56,184 bases of DNA, from assembly GCA_032718475.1 (NCBI GenBank), contig JAUCBJ010004984.1:1-56184 (forward strand). The letters are read 5' to 3'. The notes below the pieces were generated by a model. It worked only from the letters and a program-made list of their open reading frames with translations, did no database searches and was not told where the DNA came from. The stretch comes from Nemertoderma westbladi. Its lineage: Eukaryota; Animalia; Xenacoelomorpha. This document shows positions 35,640-46,899 of the stretch, piece by piece. Positions within the stretch are counted from its first letter, which is position 1. Every line of letters starts with the position of its first letter. The position numbers were made by a program, and so were the translations under genes.

Positions 35640-37015
35640 CTATTCCACAGCGCTGATTGAACCCCGACAACAAAGGGCATTCCCCCTCACTAAGGCTATC
35701 CCGATGCGCTGCTTCAGCCACAAGCTCTCGCGTGGGTCTCCTGACTCCGCTATGAGTCTTCGGCCAAGATCTTTTAACACGCTGATGGTGGATGGACCGA
35801 ATACTCCTGTGGTCTCGAAGGCCAGGGGTTCGAATTGGTACTGCTGACCCAAATTGCGGTATTTCACACGCTTTAGCTCCTCCGCTGCTGCTGATGCTGA
35901 GGATAGCTCAATGGCAGAGCGAATAATGTGGGATGGGGCAAAGGTATCCACACATGTAGCATCCCATACCAGGCACCGGCCTTTCGAGAAGGGGTAGAAG
36001 ATGGTCATACCATCAGGACGTTTCCCACCTCCCCTATCCAACCCAGTAGGTTCCAGGACAGATGGTAGACCAGCTCCGCTCAGTGAACGTTTCAGCACAT
36101 CGTTGAGAGCTGCATGACGTGGGAACCTACCCATGCTGTTTCGGCAGGACAGTGCATGGTGCCCAAGAATATCCACTTCCTTGCCACACTTGCAGGTGTG
36201 TTTATGGCAGATAGGTGCACCAACTCTCTGTGCTATACCAATTCGAAGAGCTTCTGGATCCATATTCGACCCTAAAGATGGAATAGGGGTAGCATGAAGC
36301 CAAAGCCCACTCTCCACTTGCGCTGCTGCAGCCAGGCGTGCTGTTTCGACCTGATCCGCTTTAGCAAACAGGTCTCTCTGTGTTATAGTCACAGAGATAG
36401 TGTCCCAGGCTTTCTGGTTATTCCTGGCTGCCCCACTGGGTTCCTCAACTGAAGAGAACTTCTCCCTCCATGCCTTGACGGCTCCTGCCAAATCACACGA
36501 TGGCTCCAGTCCAAATGTGTTAGAGAGGACGGAGTTAACGAGGATATCGGTGGGATGAAGAGAGGAAATATAACTAGGCAGTGCCAGATCTTCCAACTTA
36601 CGGATCCCAAGTCCCCCGAGACTGACTGGTAGTGATCCCTGGGTACTGGATTTCGCCTGAAAGTTAACATTGGTGATACTAGAAAGGGCATCTTGGACAA
36701 CTGTATCAAATTCCTGCAAGTCACCAGTGTTGTTGAATGTGGGTGATGTGCGCAGAGTGTACTGTAGCCGGGGGACTGCCAGACAATTCTTGAGTCAAGG
36801 TGAAGCCTTGATGTGCATAAACATGTACCAGCCGATCAACCATCACCTCGAGAGACTTGAGCTTTGATTGGATAGCTGGTTTAATAGCATCGCGTGTAAG
36901 GGGAGCTCCTAGAAGGACCTGGTCCACCTTGTTTAGGACCCTAATATTAGGGAGGAGCTGACTGAACTTGTGGATTGTCTCAGTAGCGGCTTCTGGTGTA
37001 TGGTTGAGTAGTATC
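35640..37015 (-). mobile_element. CRE-clade non-LTR retrotransposon, 5'-truncated (RT thumb, Zn knuckle, restriction-like endonuclease)
   Basis: LLGAPL; LPVSLGGLGIR; SGLWLHATP; CKCG..GHHALSC; RHAALNDV; KRPDGMT; LVWDATC; KRVKY; PLAFETTGVFG; ALVRGNA. One frameshift near 36795. Intronic and on the same strand as the host gene. Confidence 0.88.
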
Positions 37016-37062
37016 AATATATCAATTGAGTAGTATTATTTACTAGTGTAATTAATATTAAT

Positions 37063-37170
37063 ATTATAATAAATAAATTATATAAAATTATAATAAATAA
37101 ATTATATAAAATTATAATAAATAAATTATATAAAATTATAATAAATAAATTATATAAAATTATAACAAAT
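37063..37170. repeat. 24-bp AT-only tandem repeat (attataataaataaattatataaa x~4.5)
   Basis: Direct tandem units next to the CRE 5' junction. Confidence 0.9.
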
Positions 37171-37389
37171 AATATTATAAATATTAGATGAGCCTTTCTC
37201 TATTTCTTGGAAATGCAGATCGAAAAATCAGACAATAATTTTTAATCTGTCGGGGAAAACTAGTTGTTTAGGTCGCGTAAACCACGAGTGGGTTTATGCC
37301 AAGAATGCAACGAGTATAATAACGAAACAACTGGCAGAGTCGCTATATTCCACGCTCGTCTCGGCGAACGTGGAAAAATATAGCATTTT

Positions 37390-37590
37390 CAGATAGGGAT
37401 GGGGGGAGGGGGTCGACACAATCAAAGTGAATCCCTCTCTATAGGGGAAAAACGACGCAAATAACAGCTGATTACTCCTAACAATAAAACTGTTACATAA
37501 CGTGCCACTGTAACCTGCTCCTTTCCCTAATTTGGTAATTTGCCATTGGGACGAAATATTATTTCGTCGAGATGGGATTTGTGTCAAGTT
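37390..37590 (+). mobile_element. MITE-like repeat, copy C (internally deleted)
   Basis: cagataggg.. head and gacgcaaataacagctgattactc core. Confidence 0.75.
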
Positions 37591-37785
37591 CCCGGGCCCT
37601 GCCTCAGCATTTTCATACAAAAATTGGTTATGCAATAAAAGGAGCAATTATAGATTTTAATTAAATAATAAATTTAAATTTAAAAAACAATAATTGTAAT
37701 TTTCAAGAACAATCAATAAAAGTGCTCGAATATTCCAATATCATCGAATCACAGAAACTGTAATATAAAGAATCATTGACTGCAC

Positions 37786-37998
37786 CTGTATCATTTGCTG
37801 GAATGCATTAGTTTGCTGATTCCCCTGTTGATTGGCTGAGACCGGCGGTTGTTGTTGTACCAAAGCGTCCTTTAACATCGCCAAACTTTGAGTCTGTTGC
37901 ATTATCATTGAGTTTAACATGGTCAGATTCTGCATCATTCCATTAACCCATCCCAAAGGGTTAGCCATTCCCATGGAACTCATATCCGGTTGAGCTTG
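37786..37998 (-). CDS. ZnF gene coding exon 3 (Q/M-rich)
   Basis: ctttcag|CAAGCT ... ATACAG|gtgcag, phase 0/0. Confidence 0.85.
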
Positions 37999-38245
37999 CT
38001 GAAAGATTATCAATTAAATTATCCTTAAAAATACAGTATGTTTGTACCCAAATACCCAAAGTATCAGGGTATTTCAGCAGTAAACTAAAGTATATGAAAG
38101 GAATATAGCAGCTGGGGGATTTGGTGGGGTTTGCCATGGATCTACTTTACGTAACATGTCATAGAATACTTGGGGTAATAATAACATACTACAATGGGGG
38201 GCTAGGTACACATATTTATTATGAATAAACTAAAGCAGCACTTAC

Positions 38246-38593
38246 TTGGGCTCCATTCCCGCAAGCCATTGCTGACATCATAGTCTGTAGCATCTGCTGC
38301 ATTGGCTGATTGCTTCCAGAGCCGGTGGGTCCCATGTGTCCTCCAGGGGGCGTAGGAAACATAGCGGAAGGGATCTGTGAGTGCGGTGGCATGCCGCTAG
38401 GTGGCGCTGAGTTCCCCATTTGGGATAGGAAGTTGCTATGGAGTGGGGGAGGTCCACATGGCGAGTTCCCATAAGCGGCGCTAGGAGGCGTGTGATGGCC
38501 CGCGTGTGGAGGATGCGGGGATGGGTAATGGTTGGGATGGGGCCCGGGATGGGGGCTTGGACCGCCATATATGCCACTATGAGGGCTCCGAAT
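38246..38593 (-). CDS. ZnF gene coding exon 2 (P/H/G-rich)
   Basis: taatatag|ATTCGG ... GCCCAA|gtaagt, phase 0/0; open frame IRSPHSGIYGGPSPHPGPHPNH... Confidence 0.85.
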
Positions 38594-39263
38594 CTATATT
38601 AATAAAATTAGACAATAATATATTTACATTCAGAACATTAGTTAATAACAATTCGTGCGGCTTGTACTTTGTACTGTAAGTAGGTGTCTAGGTCTACCAA
38701 TAGTATGGTTTATAAGTACGAAGTTATCTATATACTTACGTGTTACTAACACTAGATATCACCCACCATAAACGACATAGACTAGCCACAGTTTCTGCCT
38801 TTCCTTCTTTCAATATCTACTACTGACAAACTGTATGGTAGTTAATCCTATTACCTTACAAATTCTCTCTTCAACTTCTTGTAAAAAAAACGCAAACAAC
38901 TTTTTTGGCATCGCAATATATCGTCCACAAACAATTTCACAGTGGATTGACTTGAGAAACGTGCACTGCACTGCATGCTGTTGCTGTATAACTATAACTA
39001 CGATGATAGAATATTATTTTGGGTTTAAAAGAAAAACACCCGTCGTTAAGAAAATGTGTTTGAAGGAAGTTTGTACAGTAAATTAAGAATAAATTCTAAC
39101 TTTAGGAGATGTTGCATTGTGGTTGGAAGTTAGGGCCAAGCTATCCACAGCAACCACCAACCTTCATCTCAGTGTAGTACCAGAGTGTATCACTAAATTA
39201 ACAAATATATTCATTATATAGGCAATAAAATTAACTTGTATGAGACCCGCATCGATTACTTAC

Positions 39264-39416
39264 ATTCGGTATGTGTGGGTGGTAACCGTAAGGTGATACG
39301 CCATGGTTGGCGTCCCCAACTCCCGGCATTCTAATAGATGGGGTGAGGGATTGCAGTCGGGGTGGGGGCCCAATCCCTCCGGGCCCGTGGAGCGGGCGGG
39401 AGTAAGGATGGGACAT
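39264..39416 (-). CDS. ZnF gene coding exon 1 (MSHPYSRPLHGPGG...)
   Basis: Exon begins at 39463 after ttttacag, with an in-frame TGA upstream of the ATG at 39416; donor AAT|gtaagt in phase 0. Implies an upstream non-coding exon (candidate donor cag|gtaaat at 45249). Confidence 0.8.
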
Positions 39417-39619
39417 AGGTAGGACGGTAGCACTGGTGGCTGGATTCAAATCAGATCAATTACCTGTAAAAGTTAATTAAATTGTTGATTAAAAATTATA
39501 GGGCTCAGGTAATAATGATGTATTATTATTCATGCCACAGTCACAGAATATAGTGATCTCCAACGCACACTTGTCGCATGCTGGTTAGCTGTACCAAAAG
39601 GGACAGGTCGGTGGGAAGA

Positions 39620-39940
39620 GGGGGGTTGGGTGGGGGCGAGGGGGGTAGGGGGGTGGGGGTCGTCAAACCCATGTCGGCGAATTAATTTCACGTCTCAAAA
39701 AGAGCGTGAACAGAGACAGGGAGGGTGAGGGAAAATTTACGCAAATCCGATCTTGGGTGATAATATAAATATATCTCCTCAATGATAAATTATCAAATTA
39801 GGGAAAGGAGCAGGTTAGAGTGGTACGATATTATAATCAAAACAATAAACTAAAGTCTATAGAACAGGTTTCAGTTTTATTTTGAGAGTAATCGGTTGTT
39901 ATTTGCGTCGATTTTTCCCTGGAGAGGGATGCATTTATAT
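39620..39940 (-). mobile_element. MITE-like repeat, copy D
   Basis: Reverse complement of the core at 39780-39935, preceded by G-runs. Confidence 0.75.
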
Positions 39941-41119
39941 TACTTAGAAAGACCTCTCCTGTCGTAGTAATAAATATGTTATTTACCAAATAAAGGAAAA
40001 GGAACAGAATACAATAAGAAAGCAATAAAACGAGATCTAATATCACAGGTTACAGTTTCACTTTGACATTTGTAAAAGCTCTACTTTTTCATTCGCAGCT
40101 GATATTTATTTCGAATTTAACCACAGAGAGGGTTCTATCTTGGTTGCATCTGAGGTACTACAATGGATATATAGCGCTCCCATATCTCGGAAATTGAGAT
40201 GTGCGAAATAAATTATGAATTGGCCTTGGTACTTGAATAGTCCTTACAGCAACGTAAGCGTACAGCTTACGTTACCACGTATATAAATTATGTTGTAGGT
40301 TTTGTTTCATTGTTTGACAGATAGTAGTTAGTTTCCTGCCAAAGCTCCTAGCTTAATCAATCCGAGGTGTAGTAAGTAGATGCTTTCATTCCATTGCAGA
40401 ACAATCCTTAATCCATCAATAGAATCAATATGTAATACTGCGAGCATAGAAGATGATAAATCAAAGGGAACTTCGGTATGACAGGAACTGCGGCTACATT
40501 GGCATCGCAGCGTATTAGTGGCAATGCGAGAGGAAGCGAGAGTTATATTCCACGATTCATGGTATCATAAAAACTCGCTCTCGCGTCTGGGCCTCCAATC
40601 TACTCGAGCTGAAGGCAATTCTAAGCGAACCATACTACCTGTAACTCCAAGTCGAGTCGAAGGATCCCTCAAAGATAACTCATCATACATACGGTCAATC
40701 CCTACACGCCCAGGAAGACAGCAGATGGCGGTTTCCATAGCGACAGGGCACGGACACTGAGCGCTGGTAGCAGGCCGTTGGCACTAAGCCTCGGAGGGGG
40801 GATGTTTGATGGCCTCGCTAACAACATCAGCTGTACTGGCTCGCTACTGCCAGTTCCGTATATGCTGTATGGTGAACACAACTTGGAGATTGAGAAATGA
40901 GTGTAAGCGTATAGCTATGTAGCTGGCAACACAACCCGTACCAAAGCCCGTATGGTGTGACTCAATACAATACTCGACAATAAAGGTTGATATTTGCGCG
41001 AAGGCAATATTTAATACGGGGCACTTCCTCCATTGCATATGGCAATAATACAAATCGCTCTATTCTTAGACTAGGAATTGATATTATGTTAGGTGAATTT
41101 TATCAAGATGTGAATATCG

Positions 41120-41390
41120 CAGATAGGGGGGGGGGGGTGGGGGGGGGAATTTCGACGCAATCCAAATTCATCCCACTCCAGGGGAAAAACGACGCGAATA
41201 AAAACTGATTCCTCTCAAAAATAAAACTGTATCCTGATCTATTGACTTTCGTTTATTGTTTTGGTTAGATTTGGTTAGAATAACGTACCACTGAAACCTG
41301 CTCTCTTCCTTTAATTGGTAAATTAACATGAGACGAAATTTGCCGAGATAGGATTGGCGTCACGCCCCCCCCCCCCCCCCCCCCTGTCTT
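41120..41390 (+). mobile_element. MITE-like repeat, copy E (most complete)
   Basis: agata+G-run+gacgcaatcc at left is inverted as ggattggcgtc+C-run+tgtct at right. Confidence 0.8.
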
Positions 41391-42107
41391 GAATATCAAT
41401 TGTTTTCTTCAAATAAATCATTACTTGTTCTCGTCGTTTCCCTTTACGGTATTATGAATCGAATAGAACGTCAAATAGAAAGCCATAATATTTGTATACG
41501 ATACCAATAAGCTCCATATAACTTTGGATGTTGAATGAACCAAACTATAAGAATACGAGTTGAATCTTGAATCGCCACCGATGAGAATTAATTTCATTAG
41601 TTGTTTAGTGTTTTTCATTCAGTGCTGCTTAAATTACAATTACATATTTTCATTCAATAACATTTAAAATGTTGAGTGCTGATCTCCCAGAAATGATAGT
41701 CGAACAAAAAATGAAAACAAATGATAAATAATGCAACCAATAAACTGAGCTAAACTGCTAAACTCAAGGTTTCTAAACCTGTGGAGTGAACTAGGATTAT
41801 CACAGGATAGTATAGTATTGATTGATATTGCATGTTTATATATAAGAGATGATGATGACTTAATATTAGTAATAAATCCGGGTCATATTACAGGGCGATG
41901 AATGATGCTTTCTGACATTTCTTATGTAATAAACTGAGCCAGCTAGCATTAAGCTTTTAAGTTTTAATAGGAGGGAAGGAAATCCACATAACATCATTAC
42001 TGACAACAACACCCCGATAAATGCCCTACGGATTTTCCCTATTGCAAAACATTAGAGAATACAATATTAATACAATCACAATGTGCTGATTATAGCAGTT
42101 TATATTC

Positions 42108-42405
42108 AACCCTCAAACCCGAGGATCCATTCCTCCAGTAAGACAACCCCCAAACCTGAGGATCCATTCCTCCAGTAAGACAACCCCCAAACACGAGGAT
42201 CCATTCCTCCAGTAAAACAACCCCCAAACCCGAGGATCCATTCCTCCAGTAAGGCAACCCCCAAACCTGAGGATCCATTCCTCCAGTAAGACAACCCCCA
42301 AACCCGAGGATCCATCCTTCCAGTAAGACAACCCCCAAACCCGAGGATCCATCCAGTTCCAGTAAGACAACCCACAAACCCGAGGATCCATCCCTCCAGT
42401 AAGAC
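42108..42405. repeat. 37-bp minisatellite x8
   Basis: gaggatcc at 42121, 42158, 42195, 42232, 42269, 42306, 42343 and 42382. Confidence 0.97.
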
Positions 42406-43096
42406 ACGTTCGTGGGGCCTTCGCGCAGCCCGAGGCTCAGTTTCTGAGATACAGATTAATATTGGGCGTTTCTAAATAAACAAATAAATCTAAATAAATA
42501 AACTTATGTTATTGGTAGTATGTTAAACTCATAAAGTAATATATTAAATATTTCAGGCGTGGAGGCGACCCAATTTGTAAGAAATGCCGATAGTATTGAT
42601 ACTGAGAAATTAATTTATCATGTCAACACCTCAACGAAATTATTTAGCTAATTATTTTAAAGAATCATGATTAAGTACTCGGCCAATCATTTTGTAAGCT
42701 AAACACAATAACCAAGCTGGCTTATAAGTCTGGCTCATTACAATGATGCCTTTGAGTAGAGGTGAGGTGTGGTTGCACTGGTTCCCTTCCAAGCTAGGCT
42801 AGGCATGACAGCGAAGGAGAGAGCTATAATAGCTGGAGACGGGGCATTTTAATAAGTTAATTACGTTTAGATCAATTAAAAACACATTTCTTAAATAAAA
42901 TAAATCTCTTGAGCTAATTAAAAACTATAATGGAATGGGGTATGGGGAATACAGTTGTATAATTATTAAGTATAATTAATTAAATCTTATACAAGAAAAT
43001 AATTAATATCCTTTAAGAAGCAGGTTGAAAATGCTGTTTTTACCCTAATCAACTTAATTAACTGCTATTATCTTAGCTTCTCGAAGGCCACAACGA

Positions 43097-43725
43097 GTAT
43101 TCACTCCGTTGTTTATGACCGCGTAGGGAGACCTCTAGTATTCACTCCGTTGTTTATGACCGCGTAGGGAGACCTCTAGTATTCACTCCGTTGTTTATGA
43201 CCGCGTAGGGAGACCTCTAGTATTCACTCCGTTGTTTATGACCGCGTAGGGAGACCTCTAGTATTCACTCCGTTGTTTATGACCGCGTAGGGAGACCTCT
43301 AGTATTCACTCCGTTGTTTATGACCGCGTAGGGAGACCTCTAGTATTCACTCCGTTGTTTATGACCGCGTAGGGAGACATCTAGTATTCACTCCGTTGTT
43401 TATGACCGCGTAGGGAGACCTCTAGTATTCACTCCGTTGTTTATGACCGCGTAGGGAGACCTCTAGTATTCACTCCGTTGTTTATGACCGCGTAGGGAGA
43501 CCTCTAGTATTCACTCCGTTGTTTATGACCGCGTAGGGAGACCTCTAGTATTCACTCCGTTGTTTATGACCGCGTAGGGAGACCTCTAGTATTCACTCCG
43601 TTGTTTATGACCGCGTAGGGAGACCTCTAGTATTCACTCCGTTGTTTATGACCGCGTAGGGAGACCTCTAGTATTCACTCCGTTGTTTAGGACCGCGTAG
43701 CGAGACCTCTAGTATTCGCTCCGTT
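43097..43725. repeat. 41-bp near-perfect tandem array x~15
   Basis: Unit agtattcactccgttgtttatgaccgcgtagggagacctct with no spacers, followed by (GTT)n. Confidence 0.98.
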
Positions 43726-43790
43726 GTTGTTGTTGTTGTTGGTGGTGTTGTTTATTTCTCGTTAGGTTTTGGTATTGAAGGCTTTGATAC

Positions 43791-43862
43791 GGCCCCAGTG
43801 GCTCAGTTGGCAGAGCGTGGGACTTGGAATCTCTAAGAACCAAGTTCTATCCCCATTCCGGT
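43791..43862 (+). pseudogene. tRNA-like pseudogene or SINE head (TGG in the anticodon position)
   Basis: A-box tggctcagttgg, loop cttggaa, degenerate B-box agttctatccc and T6 at 43868; acceptor stem pairs poorly. An isolated T-arm gtgggttcgagccccac lies at ~44046-44062. Confidence 0.55.
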
Positions 43863-44349
43863 GAATGTTTTTTGTTGTAAAATTGGTAGCAAGCCATTCA
43901 TGGAGAAAGTTCATGCGTCAGTAGACGCGATTACGCGCTTGTTATTACTCCAAGCTTTAACTATTTACACCAACTATTTACGCCAAGAAGTGCTTTTGAA
44001 GTAATAATGAAGCACCTTGAAGTAATATCTCTGATTCCAGATGTCGTGGGTTCGAGCCCCACGGGGAGCGGGGTATAAAAATCTTAATTTCAGCACGAAT
44101 TCTTTAAAGATACTATAGCCAGGGAACTTTGAAGCTACCAGTTCCCTCTTATTGGTGATCTCAGAGAAAACTGTGAACTATGCCTCGTTCACAAGTGGGA
44201 GTCTCCTCTTGTGCATAATCCAAGGCATAATGTATAAGGAAATGATGCTCTTGGTCTGACTTTAATAACATAATAAAAATAAATAGAATGATTTGTATAG
44301 CGCCGCTTAACATGCCGATCAGAGGCGCTTAAAACTAAATGAAAGGATT

Positions 44350-44625
44350 TCCCCTGTAAAAGGATGAATTTTGATTGCGTAAAAAGTCCACCCCTATCTG
44401 CTCTCTACAGTGGAAATTCACATATAAGAGCAAATTATTCGATACCAAACCTGTTCTATTGGCTTTCGTTTATTGTTCTGGATAGAATAAAGTGTCACTG
44501 TAACCTGCCCCTTTCCTTCAATTGATAATTTAACAGAAACTAAGTATTAATATATGAATTCACAGAAAAAAGATTTGCGTCCAGCCCACCCCACCCAGCC
44601 ACCCCCCCCCCCCCCCCCCCCCCAC
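44350..44625 (+). mobile_element. MITE-like repeat, copy F (rearranged/partial)
   Basis: cctgttctattggctttcgtttattg..cactgtaacctgccc..gatttgcgtc followed by a C-run. Confidence 0.65.
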
Positions 44626-44660
44626 CGCATCTCTATATCGAGCACAACCGGAATCAAATA

Positions 44661-44693
44661 CAGCGCCACCTGGCGGATGGCCACTGAATTGCA
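44661..44693 (-). promoter_or_regulatory. CTCF-like site with core and upstream module
   Basis: Minus strand reads TGCAATTCAGTGGCCATCCGCCAGGTGGCGCTG: core CCGCCAGGTGGCGC with TGCAA starting 17 nt before the core CC. Confidence 0.6.
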
Positions 44694-46899
44694 CCACGCC
44701 AGGTACGGCGTAATTTAGAAGCTTTCATAAAACATTATATGAAAGCGAAAGGTTTAAATACATAGACCTACTGATCTATATCGCAATGGAACGTCTCGAG
44801 ACAGCAGATAGATGGGGACACAACGCATCACGTAGCTGTTGATTTATGGTAGCTAATAGCTATGGAAGGATATTATTCATTCATAGATTAATTTAATACC
44901 AAAAATATTGACAATACTGAGCGCAGAATAACATGCAGGCCACGTTCGTTATACTCAATCAATAACGTTGTCATCATGCCATCTACTGAACTACCCACGT
45001 TCATTTTATAATTTCAATAAAAATGAAAGGCTAATGCGCTAATGGTTAGACGGTTAGGCCCTACTATTACTTATATTTAAAAAGCATTAAAAAATTATTA
45101 CTTAAAAAAGCAACTATCACAATAGGATTTTAATTGTAAAATTAAAATATACCGTACTTACTTTAAACAATAAATTCAAACAAGAAGCAGTATAAAATGA
45201 TATAATGAATACCATTAATTAAATATAAATTATTAATTTGTAAATTTACCTGGTTTTCTTCCAGTCCCAGATGTACAAACTGATCTGTTGATCCCGTTTA
45301 TCGTAGGATGTCGTATTAATCCCGTTTATATGTGTAAACATAAACTAAACAATGTGGTTGTATCAACGCAAGCATATGAAACATTGATGTTGTCAAGCGA
45401 TAAATTAGAACCATAAATATTAGGCCTACAAACTTAGTATTTTGGAAGATCTAATCTACATTCGGATATTAAATGACAAGATTTTGGCAATAGTGGAAGT
45501 ATTGATCAGACAGATATATTGCAACTCTAAGAACAAGCAGACTTCCATCAATGAATAACCTTTGTTCGCTAAATGGAATGTTTAGTACATACAAGATGGT
45601 GAATAATATGTAGTGATTACTCAATAGTCAATAACGCCGTGCTGCTAAAGTGTTCAAGAGAACGAAAGCAGATGGTTACAAAGCAAAGATAATGGCTACA
45701 ACGCCATTGGGTCTCAACCACAAACGACATCAGCCAGCCCTGCTTGCAATAAATATATTCTACTACAGTTTCGATGGCAGCAGCGAGCGGCTTTACTCTG
45801 AGACAATATCATAGGCTGGCCGTATTTTAGTAGTTAGTTACGCTGCGTGTCAAATAGGCTGAGCTAGTAGGAGTGAGATGGAGAGAGAGACTTGCTACCG
45901 TCAGCTAGGTTGAGAAGGATGCATCTGGAGCTTGGCATTGATTGCAAAGTAATACAGGACGGAGTACTAGCTGATTCTGGCAGGGTGTAGCTAGCTGGGC
46001 CTTGGTTGGTCGCTCATTATTGCTGATACTAAAGGCGGTCCATGAATGGGCCAGTAGTGAAGGGTAATATACATGGCTGATATGGGTGGTGGTAGAGAGA
46101 TTTATCTTTTATGCTGGCTTGGTTTCTCTCCTCACAGCAGAAACATCTCAAGGGAAGGATATGGAAGGATACAAAGATCATGTTAGTCGGAAATGCAAAC
46201 GAAATTAATTGATGTATCGCATTGTCACGCAGTTACAAGTTCCTTACTCCGAATCAAATAAAACACGTGTTATTAGCAATATCAGAAGTCGAATAGACTT
46301 AATGTGAGCTATCTGATTATTTATAAATTACCTCTCATAGACGACAACCTTACTACCACAATTATAAAGGTATACTAGGTTGCTGTTCTCCTTTGATGGA
46401 AACAAATATTGTATGTGCGAGGTGCAATCTTGGGAATAATATAATTGAATAAAATTTAATATAAAACAGCGGCTCTACTCAGTTTATAGTGCTTAAATAA
46501 CGACGATAAGTTGACATAATGTAACAAAATTACGTACATCATTGTGTGAAACTGCAAACTGGCACTATTCAACGTTTATGACCCTTGTTTATTTATGTAA
46601 ACCTCCCTCGCTAGTCGCTATGCTCGCTCGGGACATAAATTCCCTCGGGTCATATCGCTGAAAAATGCTACATTTCACACAATGATGTAAAAAGCTATTA
46701 CACCCCCCCCCCCCCCCCCCCCCCCCCCACCTCAACCTCTCCGTTATACAAACTATGCCATTTATAACATTGAAAAAATAAAACAGTGCTTTATATGCTG
46801 ATGACAACGAAATGAATTATTTACCAAGTAACGATGTCAATTGCACATCAAGGGGTGATAAGGGACGAACCCAAAAAATAACAATACCACAGGCACAGA

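Noticed and set aside
42090-42407. Three overlapping Gly/Trp-rich ORFs
   Set aside because: Translations of the 37-bp minisatellite.
43097-43725. CRISPR array
   Set aside because: Units are head-to-tail with no unique spacers, there are no cas genes and the context is eukaryotic.
43791-43862. Functional tRNA-Pro(TGG)
   Set aside because: Acceptor and T stems pair poorly and the T-loop deviates from TTCRA; retained only as a pseudogene or SINE-like unit.
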